Source of the DNA: the human T2T-CHM13v2.0 reference genome, Homo sapiens
DNA length: 64,000 nt
Reading direction: 5' to 3' (one strand)
Assembly: GCF_009914755.1 (NCBI RefSeq)
Contig: NC_060940.1
The notes under the pieces were generated by a model. The model was not told where the DNA came from and searched no databases. It saw nothing but the letters and a program-made list of their open reading frames with translations. Below, piece after piece: positions 30,714-47,464 of this stretch. Both the position numbers and the translations under genes were made by a program. The number at the start of each line of letters is the position of its first letter. Positions within the stretch are counted from its first letter, which is position 1.

Positions 30714-31200
30714 TATATTAGTCAGGGTTATCTAGAGAAACAGAACCAACCGTTTGTATGAGGGTGGGCTGGAGACAGAAGGAGAGAGAGAGACAGGAGA
30801 GAGGAGAGAGAAAGAGAGAAAGAGAGAAAGAGAGATTAAAGAGAGACCCAGAGACTTTAAATAATTGGCTCACATGACTGTGGGTGCTGGCAAGTCCAAA
30901 ATTTGCAGTGTGGGCCGGTAGGCTAGGGACTCAGAAAACAGCTGATATTGCAATTTTGAGTCTGCAAGTAGTCGGGAAATAGAATATTTTCTTCCTCAGG
31001 GGACCTCAGTCTTTTTTTCTAAGACCTTCAACTGTGGGGACTACCCACATTATGGAGGGTAATCTGCTTTATTCAATGTCTACTGAGATAAATGTTAATC
31101 ACATCAAAAATACCTCCACAGCAACATTCATACCAGTTGACTGACCAAATACCTGGACTCCATAGTATATCCAGGTTGACACACATAAATAGCCATAACA
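30714..31200 (-). mobile_element. MLT2-type (ERVL) solo LTR with internal GA-rich tract
   Basis: tatattagtcagggttatctagagaaacagaaccaa...agccataaca; flanks TGAGC/TGAAC. Confidence 0.85.
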
Positions 31201-33498
31201 TGAACATATCATCTTGTGTTTGTTGGTAAGGATGGTTTGATATTTTCATTATTATTTTTTAAAGTTTCTTGTAGGCTTTTTGGACTGTGTCAAAGCCTCT
31301 CCAAAAAATAAATGTATAATTCTTGATTGCATCAATGGTAAAGATGAATCAATTTTCTTTAGTGTGAAATTAATTAATATGGAATCCATAAGGAATGTAG
31401 GCTAATCAGCTCTATAGTCTCAGTTTCATAATTGCTATGTAGTTACCTGGGTTCAGAAATTTTAACAATGCAGAACAAAGCAGACTATAAAACAACAAAC
31501 AGGAAACTCTGATATTGCAGATTTTAAATTATCTTCCTAAATAAAAAAAAAGGAGTGACATCAGCAAGAGAGCAGAAGAGGGGATCCCAGCCTTTGTCAC
31601 CACCAAGGGAAAGACCTTCATGTGAGTGCAAGGGGCCTTTTTGTTGATGAAAGTCAACAATTAGACATCTAGCCATAAATGAAAATATCCCTAGAGAATT
31701 CAGGAGTCCATTTAAGAAGCTGTAACAACACAGTGGGACAACCACATTTGAGAATAGCGGCACAAAACAAATAGGAAGAAGTAGTTTCATTTACCCTGCA
31801 TTATCTCATCCCTCAGGTCAGCACAGCACTGAGTGGGAATGCCCAACCCATGAGTTCCCTTCACAGGGAAAAGGAGAGAAAGATGAGTAACCAATTTCCC
31901 TAGCTTTTTGGAATACTTTCCAAAGGACCCACTTTGATTATACTCTATTCAGATTGCAAGGGAAATTAAAATAGCTGAGACATCTGAAGACAGCTAAGAA
32001 CAAAGATGAAAGGCAAGGATTATCAGTTTCAGCCACATAGCATGTCCCCGACTATCTCCAGTGGTCTACTCTACGGAGAATCCCAACAGCATTTGCCACT
32101 GAGGGCCTCAAAATCCCTCATAGCTTATGTGCATCCTCTGCAGCTTTCACTGCTGAGGAACCCCCAGGGTTCACCATCATGGACCACAAAGAGCTGCGCC
32201 ACAGAGGAAACCAAGAATTTTCACTGGTAAGGAAACCAACAGCCAGCACAGCCTCTGTGGACTACTCAGTCTTTACCAGGGAGGGCCCTGCAGTTTCTTT
32301 GCCTTCTCTGTCTGAGCCATGCCTCTCCCTCCACACTCTCTGGAGCTGCTCCAGCTGGTGCTGCCAAGTGTGCTTTTGCCCCAGAATCTAGCAAGGTCAC
32401 TGCATTTGTGTCTGCAAATGGCCTAGACATTTACTTGTGGTCCCAGTTCCCACTTCTGTATGGGTATACGAAGCTGTCTCCTACAGACACATGCATGCCC
32501 ATCACCAGCCCCAATTTCTGCAGCACTGTGTGTCCACACAGCCAATCTAACCACTGTCAACAATCCCCACCACCATGTGCTAGTTCATAGCTGTCCCTTA
32601 CAGCTGCACATGTGCATATTTCTAGCCTCGGCCCCAGGAGCTACTTTATGCACATAACGGGCCTAACCCCTATTGCCAGCCCTCCCAATCACACATGTTC
32701 CTGGAAATGGCCCTTGCAGTCATGTACTTGCTTGCCACTAGCCCCAGTCCCTGTAACAGCCTATGCAAGCCACAGGACCCTGCTGCTGCTAGCTATGCAT
32801 GTGCTCACAAGTGACCCCTGCTGCTATGTACATGCCTACAGCTAGCCAGCCCCTACAACAGAGACTGTATACACTACTGTCCCCAGTCTCCACAACCAGT
32901 AGCACTAACCCCTCATTACTGATCCCAGAGATGCTACCGAAGACCCCAAAAGACCTTACAGCCACTGCAGACCCCTGAAGCAGCCCTCACTGCCAAAAAC
33001 CATGCAGATGTTGCAGACTCCAGCTGCTTGAGTTAATGAGACACTGTGACGCCGTGGATTGAGAGCCTCTGCATGCCCCCATACTTTGTGTCTGGTGACA
33101 CAGCACACTCCAGCCAGGCTCCCACCCCACAGGTAAGCGTCTTTCCTTACCAAAGCAATCTATCAGGTCTGTAAGAGGTTACTATTTATTTGAATGTGTA
33201 GACATCTTTGCAAGTCTTCAAGAGTTGTAAGAAATCAGAAAAACATGACATTACCAAAGGAATAAAATAAAATTCTAATAAGCAAACCCAAAGAAATAGA
33301 GTTCCACAAATTCCCTAAGAATAATTCAAAATAATTGGTTTAAAGAAGCTCAGTTAATATGAGATACATATAAACAATATAATAAAATCTGGAAAACAAT
33401 ACAAGAAAAAATAACAATTTCAAGAGATATAAAACATTAAAAACCAAAAAGAAATTTTGGAACTAAAAAATACAGTAACTAAAATAAAAAATGCAGTA

Positions 33499-33778
33499 TA
33501 TTCTCACTTATAAGTGGTAACTGAATGATGGGAACATAGGAACACGGGTGGGGAACAATACAAACTGGGTCCTCTTGGGAGATGCTGGAGGAGGGAAAGC
33601 ATCAGAAAGAACAGCTAATGCATGCTGGGCTTAATATCTAGGTGATGGGTTGATATGTGCAGTAAACCACCATGGCACACGTTTACCTATGTAACAAACC
33701 TGCACATCCTGCACAAGTACCCTGGAACTTTAAATAAAAGTTGAAGAAAAAAAAATAAACCACCTTAAAAAAATAACA
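33499..33778 (+). mobile_element. 5'-truncated L1PA/L1PB 3' UTR nested in L1M ORF1
   Basis: ttctcacttataagtgg...tgtaacaaacctgcacatcctgcac, A tail; TSD AAAAAATGCA(G/A)TA. Confidence 0.9.
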
Positions 33779-33937
33779 AAAAAAATGCAATAGAGAGCTT
33801 CAAGCAGAAGAATCAGCAAATATAAAGACAGATCATTTGAACTTGTCTAATCATAGGAGAAAATGGAAAAAAAATGAAAAGGGATTTTAAAACATCTATG
33901 AGATTTTATGGAACACCATTAATAGACTTAATATTCA

Positions 33938-34372
<435 letters not shown>

Positions 34373-37300
34373 CTAAAAATTCTCCAATCAAGTTCAACTA
34401 AAGGTAGACTTCACCAAGACATATTATAATAACACTGTCAACATCAAAGACAGAGAGTTTTGAAAAAGCAGGAGAAGTGAGTTTCACCACATGCAAGGGA
34501 AATCTTATCAGGCTTTTAGTAGACATCAATAGAAACTTAACAGGCCAGGGAGAGAGAGAGATAATATATTCAAAGTGTTTACAGAAAATAACAGCCAACC
34601 AACAATAATTTACCCAGCAAAGCTATCTTTAGAAATGAGGGAGAGATATAGATTGTCCTGTGAAACAAAATCAGAGGGAATTAATCACCACTAGACCTGC
34701 CTTTAAAGAAATGCCGAAGGGAGATCTTTAAGATGAAACCAAAGAATGCTGCTTAGTAATATAAAAACATACGGAAGTATAAAATGAATTGGTAAAAATA
34801 AATATATAGTCAAATTCAGAATATCCTAATACTGTAATGTTGGTGTATAAATCACATATAACTGCAGTATAAAGGCTAAAGGACAAAGTTATAAAAATAA
34901 CAATAGCTACAATAATTTGTTAATGGACATATTATATACACAGTTGTAATTATGACATCAAAAACAAATAATATGTGGTGAGGAGTAAAACACATGGCTT
35001 TTGTATATGATCAATGTTGTTATCAGTATAAAATATACTGTTCTAACGTAAGATGTTTTATGTGAGCCTCATGCTATCTACACAGCAAAAACGTATGGTA
35101 GATAAATGCAAGATAAAGAGAAAAGGATCAAAGAATCCCATGACAGAAAATCGTCAAATCACAAGGAAATACAGTAAGGAAGGGGAAAAAAAAAAAAAAG
35201 CAAAGAATCAACAAAGCAGACAAAAAGCAATCAACAAAAAATGGGAGTAGTAAGTCCTTACCTCTCAATAATTATGTTGAATGTAAAGTGAATTAAATTC
35301 TCTAATCACAATACATAGAACGGATGGCTAAAACCAATACTCAACCATATGCCGCTTAAAGAAAGTCACTTTAGCTTTAACTACACACGTAGACTGAAAG
35401 TGGAGATATGGAAAGAGATATTTCACTCTAATGTAAATCAAAAGAAAGCAAGTGATGCTATTCTTATAGTAGTCAAAATAGACTTTGTCAAAATCTTTTA
35501 CAAAAGACAAAGATGGTCATTATGTATTGATAAAGGGAATAACTCCACAAAATGATATAATAATTATAGATATTAATATATATGTATCCAATGCTACAGC
35601 ACATAAATACATAAAGCAAATACTAACAGATAGTACATGACTGCATTACCCCACTTTCAACAATTGATTGAGCACCCAGACAAAAAATCAATAAGGAATC
35701 ATTGGACTCGAACCAAAGTTTAAACCAAATGGACCTACAGACATATATAGAACATTCCATCCCACAACAACAGAATACACATCCTTCTCCAGTGCACAAA
35801 GAACATTCTCCAGGATAGAATATACATTAGGCTACAAAATAAATCTTAACACATTTAATAAGAATTTTGAAATGATTTAAGCATCTATTGCAGCCACAAT
35901 TGTATGAAATTAGTAATCAAGAATATGAGGAAAATTGGAAAACTGACAAATATGTACAAATACACTTCTGAATAACCATCGAGTCAAAGAAACCAAAATA
36001 GACTATTTTTAAAAAGTTTGGATTCAAATAAAAATTGAAATCACATATACTAAAACTTATTAGATGCAGGAAAAGCATCTCATACATTCTAAGAGACAAA
36101 TTTATAGTGATAAAGGCCTACATTAGGAAAACAAGAAAGATCTCATGTAAACAACCTGAGTTAATACTTCAAGGAACTAGAAAAAAACTAAACACAAAGT
36201 CCTCAGAATGAAGGATATAATAAAAATAAAAAAATACATAAACAAAATAGAGACTAGAAAAACAATACAAAAGTTCAATAAAACTAAGACTTGGTTTCTT
36301 GAAATGGACAAAATTGACAAACTTTGGCTACATTAAGAAAAAAGAGACATGTCTCAAATATACCAAAATAAATCAAAAGTGAAAGAGGAGACATTATGAC
36401 CATCACACAGAAATATAAAGGATCGTAGGAGACTGCTTTGAACTATCATGTGACAACAAATTGGATAACCTAGAATTAATGGATAGATTCTAAGAAAGCT
36501 ACAACCTATCAAGAGTAAGTGATGAAAAAAGAGAAAATCTGAACAGACCAATAATGAGTGAGGAGATTGAATCAGTAATCAAAAATCTTTCATCAAAGAA
36601 AAGTCCAGGACCACTTGGCTTCACTGGTAAATTCTAGCAAACATAAAAATAAAAATAAATAAATAAACTAACGCTGAGTCTCCCCAAACTCTTTCAAAAA
36701 GTTAAATAGAACACAACACAGTCAAACTCATTTTATAAGGCTAGCATTGCCCTAATACTAAAGCCAAACAAGAAAACTAAAATAACATTATAGATCAATA
36801 TCCCTGATTCACATAAATGAAAAAATTCTCAATAAAATGCTAACAAACCAAATTCAACAATATATTAAAAGTATCATTCACTTTGATTAAATTGCATTTA
36901 TCTCTAGGATCCAAAGGTGTTTTGATATATACAATTCAATAAATGTGATATACCCCATTAACAAAATGAAGGATAAATGATATGATCATCTCAGGAGACG
37001 CAGAAAAAGCATTTGACAAATTTCAACATTCCTTCAGCAAAAACTCTAAAAACACTGATATAGAAGAAATTTACCTCAACATAATAAAGGCAATATATGT
37101 TATACACACAGCTAATGTTATACTCAGCAGTGAAAATCTTAAAGCATTTCCTCTAAGACAATGAACAAGATAAGACAAGTACCCTCCCATCCGCCTCTAC
37201 TCAACATTGTCCTAGAAGTTCTAAGGAGAGCAATTAGGCAAGAAAAAGAAATAAAAGTCATCAAAACAGGAAAGAAAAAAGTAAAACCGTCTCTTTGCAA

Positions 37301-37927
37301 ATGACACGAATCTACACATAAAAATCCTTTAGGTTATCTTTGACACCACCCAAAAAAAAAAGGCGGGGGAGAAAGAAAAATAAAGTGTTATCAGTGAAAA
37401 ATAAATAAGCTCAGTAAAGTTTTAGGATACAAAATCAATATCCAAAATTCAGTTGTGTTTCTATACACGAATAATAAACTATCTGAAAAATAAATTAAGA
37501 AAGACATCTTGTTTATTGTGGCATCAAAATGAATAAAATACTTAGGGATAAATTTAACAAGGAGGTCAATGAGCTGTACACTGAAAACTATAAGAAACTG
37601 ATGTAAAAAACTGAAGAAGACACAAATAATTGAAAAAGTATCTTGTGTTCATTGATTGGAGTAATTAAAATGTCTATGCTACCTAAAGTGATCTATAGAT
37701 TGAAAGTAATCCCTATTAAAATTTCAATAATATTACTCACAGAAAAATGAACAGTTTTAAAATTTACACAGAGCCATGAAAGACTCCAAATAGATAAAGC
37801 AATCTCAAGGAAAAAATAACAAAGCTGCTGGCATAGTACTCCCTAATTTCAAATTATATTACAAAGCTATAGCAATTAAAGTGGTGTGGTACTAAAATAA
37901 AAACAGGTACATAGACCAATGGAAGAG

Positions 37928-37995
37928 AGTGAGCCGAGATTGTGCCACTGCACTCCAGCTTGGGCGATAGAGCCAGACTCCGTCTCAAAAAAAAA
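37928..37995 (+). mobile_element. Alu 3' fragment (~68 bp)
   Basis: agtgagccgagattgtgccactgcactccagc...ccgtctc(A)n joined directly to L1 ORF2. Confidence 0.9.
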
Positions 37996-38893
37996 ACACA
38001 CCACACCATCCCATTTCCTCTTCCATCACTTGGTGATAAGAAACATCCACCTCCCCATATAGACATAGGTATAAGCAGAGGGTGAGGCACAAGCACAACA
38101 GTAGCAGGTAGTTTCAAACTGCCTGCTTTTGCAGCTTACCTGGGCTTTTTATTCTTCTTATTGGATCCTGGTTGTTCTGCTTCCAATTTGTGTTGAACTC
38201 ACCCGACCTTAACACTTGATGGGTCTAAAGGAGCTCAGCTCATAAAGAATATTTTTACTTGTCCTAAATTTAAATAAAAGAAATGGCCCTCTGTTCCCCT
38301 TCAGCCAATACGTGACTGCGGGCCACCCATAGGAGAAGGTACAAGGCTGTTTCCTGCAGCTGAGTGAACCGAATAATGAAAGACACAGCTGTGGGCCATC
38401 AACAGCAGATATTCCCAGCAGCTGTGTGTAGTTTTTCTTGACCACGAAGAGAGGATCTTGGTGCAACACTACAGAATCCACTACAAAGAATATGTATTAT
38501 ACGTTTTGACTACCAGATTAAAGATGAGGGTACAAATATCACAGTTTAACTAGTTGAGCAAACCTCAAATCTAAAGGAATTTGCATTTTTACTTAATTTT
38601 GAAATATTAATGGGCACATATGGTGGGAGAGATGAAATTATATAAAGAAGTCAGCATTTGTAATGCATAGAGTCAAAAAGGGGTGATGCATACTTTAATA
38701 ACAGTAAAACTGCCACGCTCTTCTGCTTTGTTGAGAATTTTTTTCAAAGAGAAAACTCTTATTTATTTCTAACAACCTAGCTTATATATATATCTTCATA
38801 TATAATGCTTTCCCTGAACATATGTTCTAGTCTAACTTAAATGCCTTTCTCTCTCATTTCCTGAGATTTCCTCTACTTAGGTTCTAACATTCA

Positions 38894-39271
<378 letters not shown>

Positions 39272-39615
39272 TTATCTCTATCTACTCAGTGTCTATAGTA
39301 GTCTACTGCCTATAGTAGGTGCCATGGCTTTTTTTGATGATTGAATAAATGCATGTAGCTTTCTGGGCAGAAATGCAGACAGACAGTATGTGGATGAACT
39401 GAAATACAGTAACACATATATATTACTTTCTGTTATCTAGTGCTGGGACTATGAAACGTTAGCAATGAGGAATCAGAAGCTATAAAGGAGGAAGAGCCAA
39501 AGGTGGATTAAAAGAAGAAAGATGGTTAGTCTGTCTTAACACTCATGACATATACCCTACTGACTGCCTTCACCTGTGTCTAGGTTTTACTTTAATTCTC
39601 ATTTTAAAAAGTGTC

Positions 39616-40070
<455 letters not shown>

Positions 40071-40301
40071 TTATATGGTTCAGATATTCCACAGTTTGGA
40101 TGGAGAAAACTCAGAGTATTTATTTCACATGTTTAACTTTCATCCCTGGTAGCTTTCATCTCAGTGTTTACATTTGGCATTTGGAATACACACTTCCCTT
40201 ACTAGGATATTCAGATTGACTGCAGCTCATTGGCTGTTTACACCTAGATTGCTAGTTTTGTTAGTTGACTAGTGCTAGCACTATGACATTCCACTCTCAT
40301 G

Positions 40302-40615
40302 TTTTTGTTGTTTTGTTTGTTTGTTTGTTTAGACAGAGTCTCACTCTGTTGTCCAGGCTGTAGTACAGTGGAGCAATCAGAGCTCACTGCAGCTTCAACC
40401 TCTCAGGCTCAAGTGATCTTCCCACCTCACCCTGACAAGTAGCTGGGGCTACAGGTGTGCACCACCATACCTGGCTAATTTTTTATTTTATCTTTAGTGG
40501 AGATGGGGTCTTGCTATGTTGCTCAGGCTGGTCTCAAACTCCTAGCCTCATGTGGTCTTCCTGCCTCAACCTCCCAAATTATTCGGATTACAGGTGCGAA
40601 CCACTATGCCTGGCC
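40302..40615 (-). mobile_element. AluJ-like element
   Basis: Diverged antisense Alu with (GTTT)n tail. Confidence 0.9.
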
Positions 40616-41263
40616 TACCCTCCTTTTCTTTAACAGTTCTTCTCTTTCATTGCATCTTCTGTTATCTTAACTGTTGTCAGTTTTTACTTTAATCACATAC
40701 ATATGCAATGTATTGATCCCCAAATATTTTTCAGTGTAATACTAGTTGCACACTTTTCAAGTATTTAAACTTTTTACTAAAAAAACCCCAAATGTTTAAA
40801 TCATATAAAATTGTTAAATTTGTTAAATAAAAAGACAAAGTGCTTTGTAAAGATTTTTACAAAATCCTTATAAACAATCTTCAAATACTCTTAAAATGTT
40901 GTGAAGTTGCACATTATGGGAATTTTAGAATTTTTTTTTTAAAATTAAATAAATATTTAGCATGGAAAATGTTTCTAATAAGTAGTCATTGCCTAGCTAG
41001 TGCCTATCACTGTCTATAAATTTTCATAAATCAATGAGTTTGATTTTCCACGTGTGTGTGCATGAGTTATGTGGAGGTGTAATCATGTGATAACCATACC
41101 CAGATGAGCTAATCATTGTGTATACCTAAGAATGATTTAGAAAGAATTCAAGCTAGAATGTAGTACAGATATAATGAAATGAGAGCCTAAACAGAAGGGG
41201 ATAGATTGAAAATGAAGTTCAAGAAAAATATAACTTTGTCTGCAGCTGTATAGCTCAAGTTAA

Positions 41264-41592
<329 letters not shown>

Positions 41593-41994
41593 GCATCGGA
41601 TAATTTCTAAGCTATACTTAGTATTATACTAATACTACTTACCATGTTCCAGGGATATATGGCAACACAGTGAGGCACAAAAGATAATATGGAAACTGTC
41701 CCCAAGATGTTCACGATCCTCTGGGAAAGAAAACATGTTGAAATAAGTCAGGATATGCTGCTTCTTTTGTTACAAAATTCTGTAAGCAAATAAACATCAA
41801 ACTCATTGTTCAGTGAGACTGATTTTGATTGAAGAACCTAACAGGACTTCTCAAATAAGTTGATCATTAGAATGGGTTATGATTTATGAATAGTCTTTCT
41901 ACAGATGGCAAGGTCTAGGGAGCCAATTCCAGGCAGAAAAAGGATAACCAGTGACACAGGAATGCAAAGCTTCACAAAATTTAGAAACGATTTT

Positions 41995-42665
41995 GAAGAC
42001 AAAAAATAACAGATGTTGGCAAATATGTGGAGAAAAGGAAATGCTTGTAAACTGTTGCTAGGAATGTAAATTAGTGTAACCCCTATGGAAAACAGTATGG
42101 AGATTTCTCAAATAATTAAAAATAGAATTACCATTCAACCCAGAAATTCCACTGCTGGGCTTCCACCCAAAAGAAAAGAAATCACTCTATCAAAATAATT
42201 TCTTACACTCATGGCTTACCACTGCACTATTCACAAGAGCAAAGTCATGCAATCAACCTAGGTACCCACAATGGTGGATTGTATAAAGAAAATGTGGCAG
42301 ATATACACAATGGAATACTATGCAGCCATAAAAAATTTGAAATTATGTCCTTTTCAGCAACATGGATGCAGCTGGAGACCATTATCCTAAGTGAATTCAT
42401 GCTGAAATAGAAAATCAAATACTGTGAGATGTGGGAGCTAAACACTAGGTATGGATGGACATGAAGATAGAAACAATAGACACTGGGGACTCCAAGTGTT
42501 TCCAAGTGGGAGGAGGGAGGGAGGGCAGTAGGGTTGAAAAACTACCTATTGGGTACGATGGTCATTATTTTGGTGACAGGTTCAATAGAAGCCTAAACCC
42601 TAGCATTATGCAATATACCCATGTAACAAATCTACACCTGTACCCCTGAATCTAAAATAATAATA
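41995..42665 (+). mobile_element. 5'-truncated L1PB/L1MA 3' end
   Basis: ORF2 C-terminal sequence (tggaatactatgcagccataaaaa) and 3' UTR ending gtacccctgaatctaaaataa. Confidence 0.88.
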
Positions 42666-43079
42666 TGCATTTTAATAATTCAACTGTATTTTTTGATGTT
42701 AATCACTGTTGTCCACAATATGTGGGAACAGAAAGAGTCCAGAGAGACAGATTTTTGTCAAATTTTGAAGTGTTCTACAATGTATCCTATAGGCAAAGGA
42801 GAGCCATCAAGAGGTTGGAAGGGGAAAACATTCCTGTGGTCTGTATATGTGGTCAGCCTGGCGGCAGTGTGGATGAAGGAGCAAAGAAGTGAGCAAATAC
42901 AATATGCGATGTTTGAAAAGATGTTCAGAGGCATAAGCAGTAGAGGTATTTGAATAGGTTAGATGATCTCCTGCTGATGTTGTGGAAGGAATTCTGGTGA
43001 AAGATAGGGGTGACAGATTTATGAATGATTTCATCCTTTTCAGCCCTAAAATTATAAGATTTTATAAGTTTCCAAAAAT

Positions 43080-43280
43080 TAGTGGAATATGCATAGGTTT
43101 CAGATCAGAGGGCTTTGGATTAAAACCCCACCTCTGCCATCTTTTTTAACATGAATCTGGGATTGTCTTTAATCTTTTGGAGTCTGTTTTCTCATCCATA
43201 AAATGAGGGTGAGCATTGAGCCTCGTTGTAAGGACTGTGCTTAGCTCAGTGCCCAGTAGACAGTAAATACTCAGTGAAGT
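43080..43280 (+). mobile_element. MIR
   Basis: gtttttctcatccataaaatgagg core and MIR-like 3' end. Confidence 0.6.
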
Positions 43281-44254
43281 GAATCAAGCAGTCACTTAAG
43301 AGGACAGATAAACCAGCCTTCTGGCTTTTGCTTTGTGGCATTTTGTTTTAAGAGGTCAGCCTCGATCTCATACCTTTATTGCAAAGCCACATGCATAGCC
43401 TCCTGTTGAACAGATGCCTCTCTTACCCACACACTCTTATCACCTGTGACCAGGTGTGTATTTGTACTCTGTCTTTATTTTAGCAGTGAACTCTTAGAAA
43501 TGTTCCCAGGGTCCATCTGGCATTAATCCTAGGAAATGACAGATACTTAGACCAAATTACACAAGATTGAAAGCACCATTTGTTCAGCTATTAAACCAAT
43601 GAAAGGACACTTTTTTCAAAAAAAACTGTTCAGTAAGGCAAAAATCTGTGTAAGATAAACATCTTTCATTTTTGTCCTGGGAGAGTAAAAACAGTAGCTT
43701 TATGTCATCAATATTTGAAGATGCTTTGAAATGTGTTTAAGTTAGAAATACAAGGGATATCAGAAGTAGTATTTCTTCTCCAATTTATGCCTGTAATTCT
43801 CCTTAAAATTGTTATTTCCCAACAGCTGTTAAAACAAAAACAACAGTGTTTGCTTTGACTCTGAATATATTCCCTAATTCTCCTCCCAGTTTCTAAATTA
43901 ACATAGGGATCACTAAGCTAATAAATTACATTTAATAATATGCTAAATTATGGGGACAAGGTGAACCAAGAATGTTTTAGGTGGTATCCTAGTATTATTT
44001 AACATTCTTTAAATGTGTTATCCTATTCTTATTTAAAGTTACTGAAGGCCAAAGAGAAAAACAGGCTCGCCATTGTTTTACGTGCCCTCTACCTGTAGCT
44101 CAGAGGGCAGGTAATACCTATTTAAGGTCTGTTTCACAGTATGATATTTGGGCATATCTTGAAGATATTGTGTTTGATGAAAATTCTAGGAGATATTTCC
44201 CATAAAGGATATGCTTAGGGTAAAATTGGGCTTTGATCTTTGTCTGACTTCTGC

Positions 44255-44558
44255 TTTTTCATTTTTTGGTTCTTTTGAGATGGAATCTCACTCTGTCGCC
44301 CAGGCTGGAGTGCAGTGGCATGATCTTGGCTGACTGTAACCTCCGCCTCCCAGGTTCAAGCAATTCTCCCGCCTTAGCCTCCCAAGGAGCTGAGACTACA
44401 GGTGTGTGCCACCATGCCTGGATAATTTTTGTATTTTTAGTAGAGATGGGGTTTCGCCATGTTGGCCAGGCTGGTCTTGAACTCCTGACCTCAAGTGATC
44501 CACCCGCCTCAACCTCCCAAAGTGCTAGGATTATAAGCGTGAGCCACCATGTCCGACC
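44255..44558 (-). mobile_element. AluS-like element
   Basis: Antisense Alu; TSD TGTCTGACTTCTGC. Confidence 0.95.
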
Positions 44559-46109
44559 TCTGTCTGACTTCTGCATTTGACTCTCCCAGTTTTCTCAACA
44601 TAAGACTCACGGAGACGACATAGAAGAGGGAAGAGACATTACAATTCTTATTCATTCATCTGGTGTTAGTCCTCACGTTAGTTAGTATTCAGCAAGAACT
44701 GGAGAGACCTGGGCTGGAGGACAATCAGAGAAGCAAGATACAGACATGATTTGAATCACCCCTTCTCTTGGAACTAGGTCCAATTTTCTGAATTTTCCCT
44801 CTGTTCCTTCTTGTGAAAAGAAATGTTCAGCAGTACTAATCGTACAGGGAATTCTAACACAGCGGACAGAGCTGAGTTTACCCTGAACTCAAGCTGGGGC
44901 CTTCCTCCATTTCTATTATCTCATCTGTCATTTTGCATTAAAACCATGTCCTTCCATTCTGTCTCCTTATATAAAGAGTACGAACAGTGCTTGTCATAAC
45001 TGTATCCTTTGGGCACAGAACTAGTTCAGGCATGTGGTGGGTACCCATTTGTTAAACATCTGAATAGGTGAATGTATCCATCCATGCATGCAAGGATTAA
45101 TGAATGGTATCATTTAGAAGATAAAAGTACTTATTAATAAGTATTGATTGCAGTCAAATTGTATTAGACTTTGTGTGTTAATAGGTGTCCCAGGGAAAAA
45201 AAAGTTGCCACAATAATAGCTTTCTGACATTTTCCTTTTGTATTGCTATCATCCCTGACTGTAATAGTTAGCCTTAGAACCTAAAGATATCAGGTATCAG
45301 GTACTAAGGAGTTTATAATCCAGATGAAAAATGCCCCATGACTCCATCCTATTTGAAATATTTGTATAGAAACAGACTACTAAAAATGTAGAAGTGTGAG
45401 TGCTTTCTTATAATGCATACATTCTCTCCTTTGCCAGAAGCACTGAGGTTTTGGTCTCTGGAATATCTTTTTGCTAATGATGACTATTGTCAACAATCAA
45501 TAAAGGTGAATGAATATCCAGAAGCATTGGAGGAGAAAATTGCAAACACAATATCCAAACACACAGCTAGAAAAATTATTATCTAATTACCGGTCAGGTC
45601 AGTTTTGTGCAGATTGTTTTTAATTATTTGTATTTTTCCAGGGACAGCAAATAAAATTCTGCCACAATGGAAATCACTGTATGGTGGTAACATGCTTGTG
45701 TTTGCCATATAGCTTTTTTAATCTGTTAAACTGCAAGACTATTGCCATAACGTTTAACATAGCAAGAGGCTCTTAGGGCTTGTATCCTTGACCTCAAACT
45801 ACCCCAGAGACTTGTGCAGGACACTGTATCTAAAGTAAGCCTGTTTATCTGGAAGTGGGTATAGAAGGCATCAGCAGCACTCCAAAGTCCTTGTAATCTC
45901 AACTAGGAGTAGAGAGATCTAGCCCATGTTAAAGTGGCAGTGCTCTGCAAGGATAATTACATTTTATTTAACGTCAAAAGATTTGGAAATGATTCCTGTC
46001 ACTATCATCTTGCTAATATCACTATCTCCTTAGGCCTGGCTTTCTTCCTCTACAATACGGAATAATAATAAATTACACCATACACAGTGTCTGTGAAAAA
46101 TCAGGTGAA

Positions 46110-46458
<349 letters not shown>

Positions 46459-46647
46459 TCATTCTACATATGCCATTAATTAACAATTTCTTTTGTATTT
46501 GTTATTCTACAGTCTACTTGATAATGCTTTGAAGATCAGATATGTGGTTAAAATTCGTAATAAAATGTTTATTTACCTCCATATATCTAAATAGTATGTA
46601 TATTCTAATTGTCTCCTGACTGACTAATCAAATTTAGACACTATGTA

Positions 46648-46945
46648 TTTTTTTTTTTTTTTGAGACAAACTTTTGCTCTTGTACCCCAGGCTGGAGTGC
46701 AAATGGCTGGATCTCGGCTCACGCAACCTCTGCCTCCCGGGTTCAAGCCATTCTCCTGCCTCAGCCTCCTAAGTAGCTGGGATTACAGTCTCCTGACACC
46801 ACGCCTGGCTAATTTTTGTATTTTTAGTAGGGACGGAGTTTCACCATGTTGGCCAGGCTGGTCTCTAACTCCTGACTTCAGGTGATTCGCCTGCCTTGGC
46901 CTCCCAAAGTGTCGGGATTACAGGCTTGAGCCACCGCGCCCAGCC
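46648..46945 (-). mobile_element. AluS-like element
   Basis: Antisense Alu; flanks ACACTATGT/ACATTATGT. Confidence 0.93.
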
Positions 46946-47286
46946 ACATTATGTGTTGTTTTAAGGTAGATGTAGATTGAGCTTATTCACACTTCTGTCC
47001 TTTCTCTCTTCTACCAAATAAATTATGTCTCCATTTTCCGATAAATGAATATTTATATTGTTATTGCTATATCTATATAAGTAGTATTTATTACTAAACC
47101 AAGAAATAAACTGTGGCTTCATTCCACATTTTGAACAAGTGTTAGTTTTTGTTTTGTTTATACATAATATTGTCTCATTTTTATTCTCTCAATAGTCTTT
47201 GAAAATCTAAGTGTTTCTGTACTTCCCAAGGGCTCTCTAAAATGCCTTTTAAAAATAACTTGTGGTACTGTCAAAAATTCAGATAG

Positions 47287-47464
<178 letters not shown>

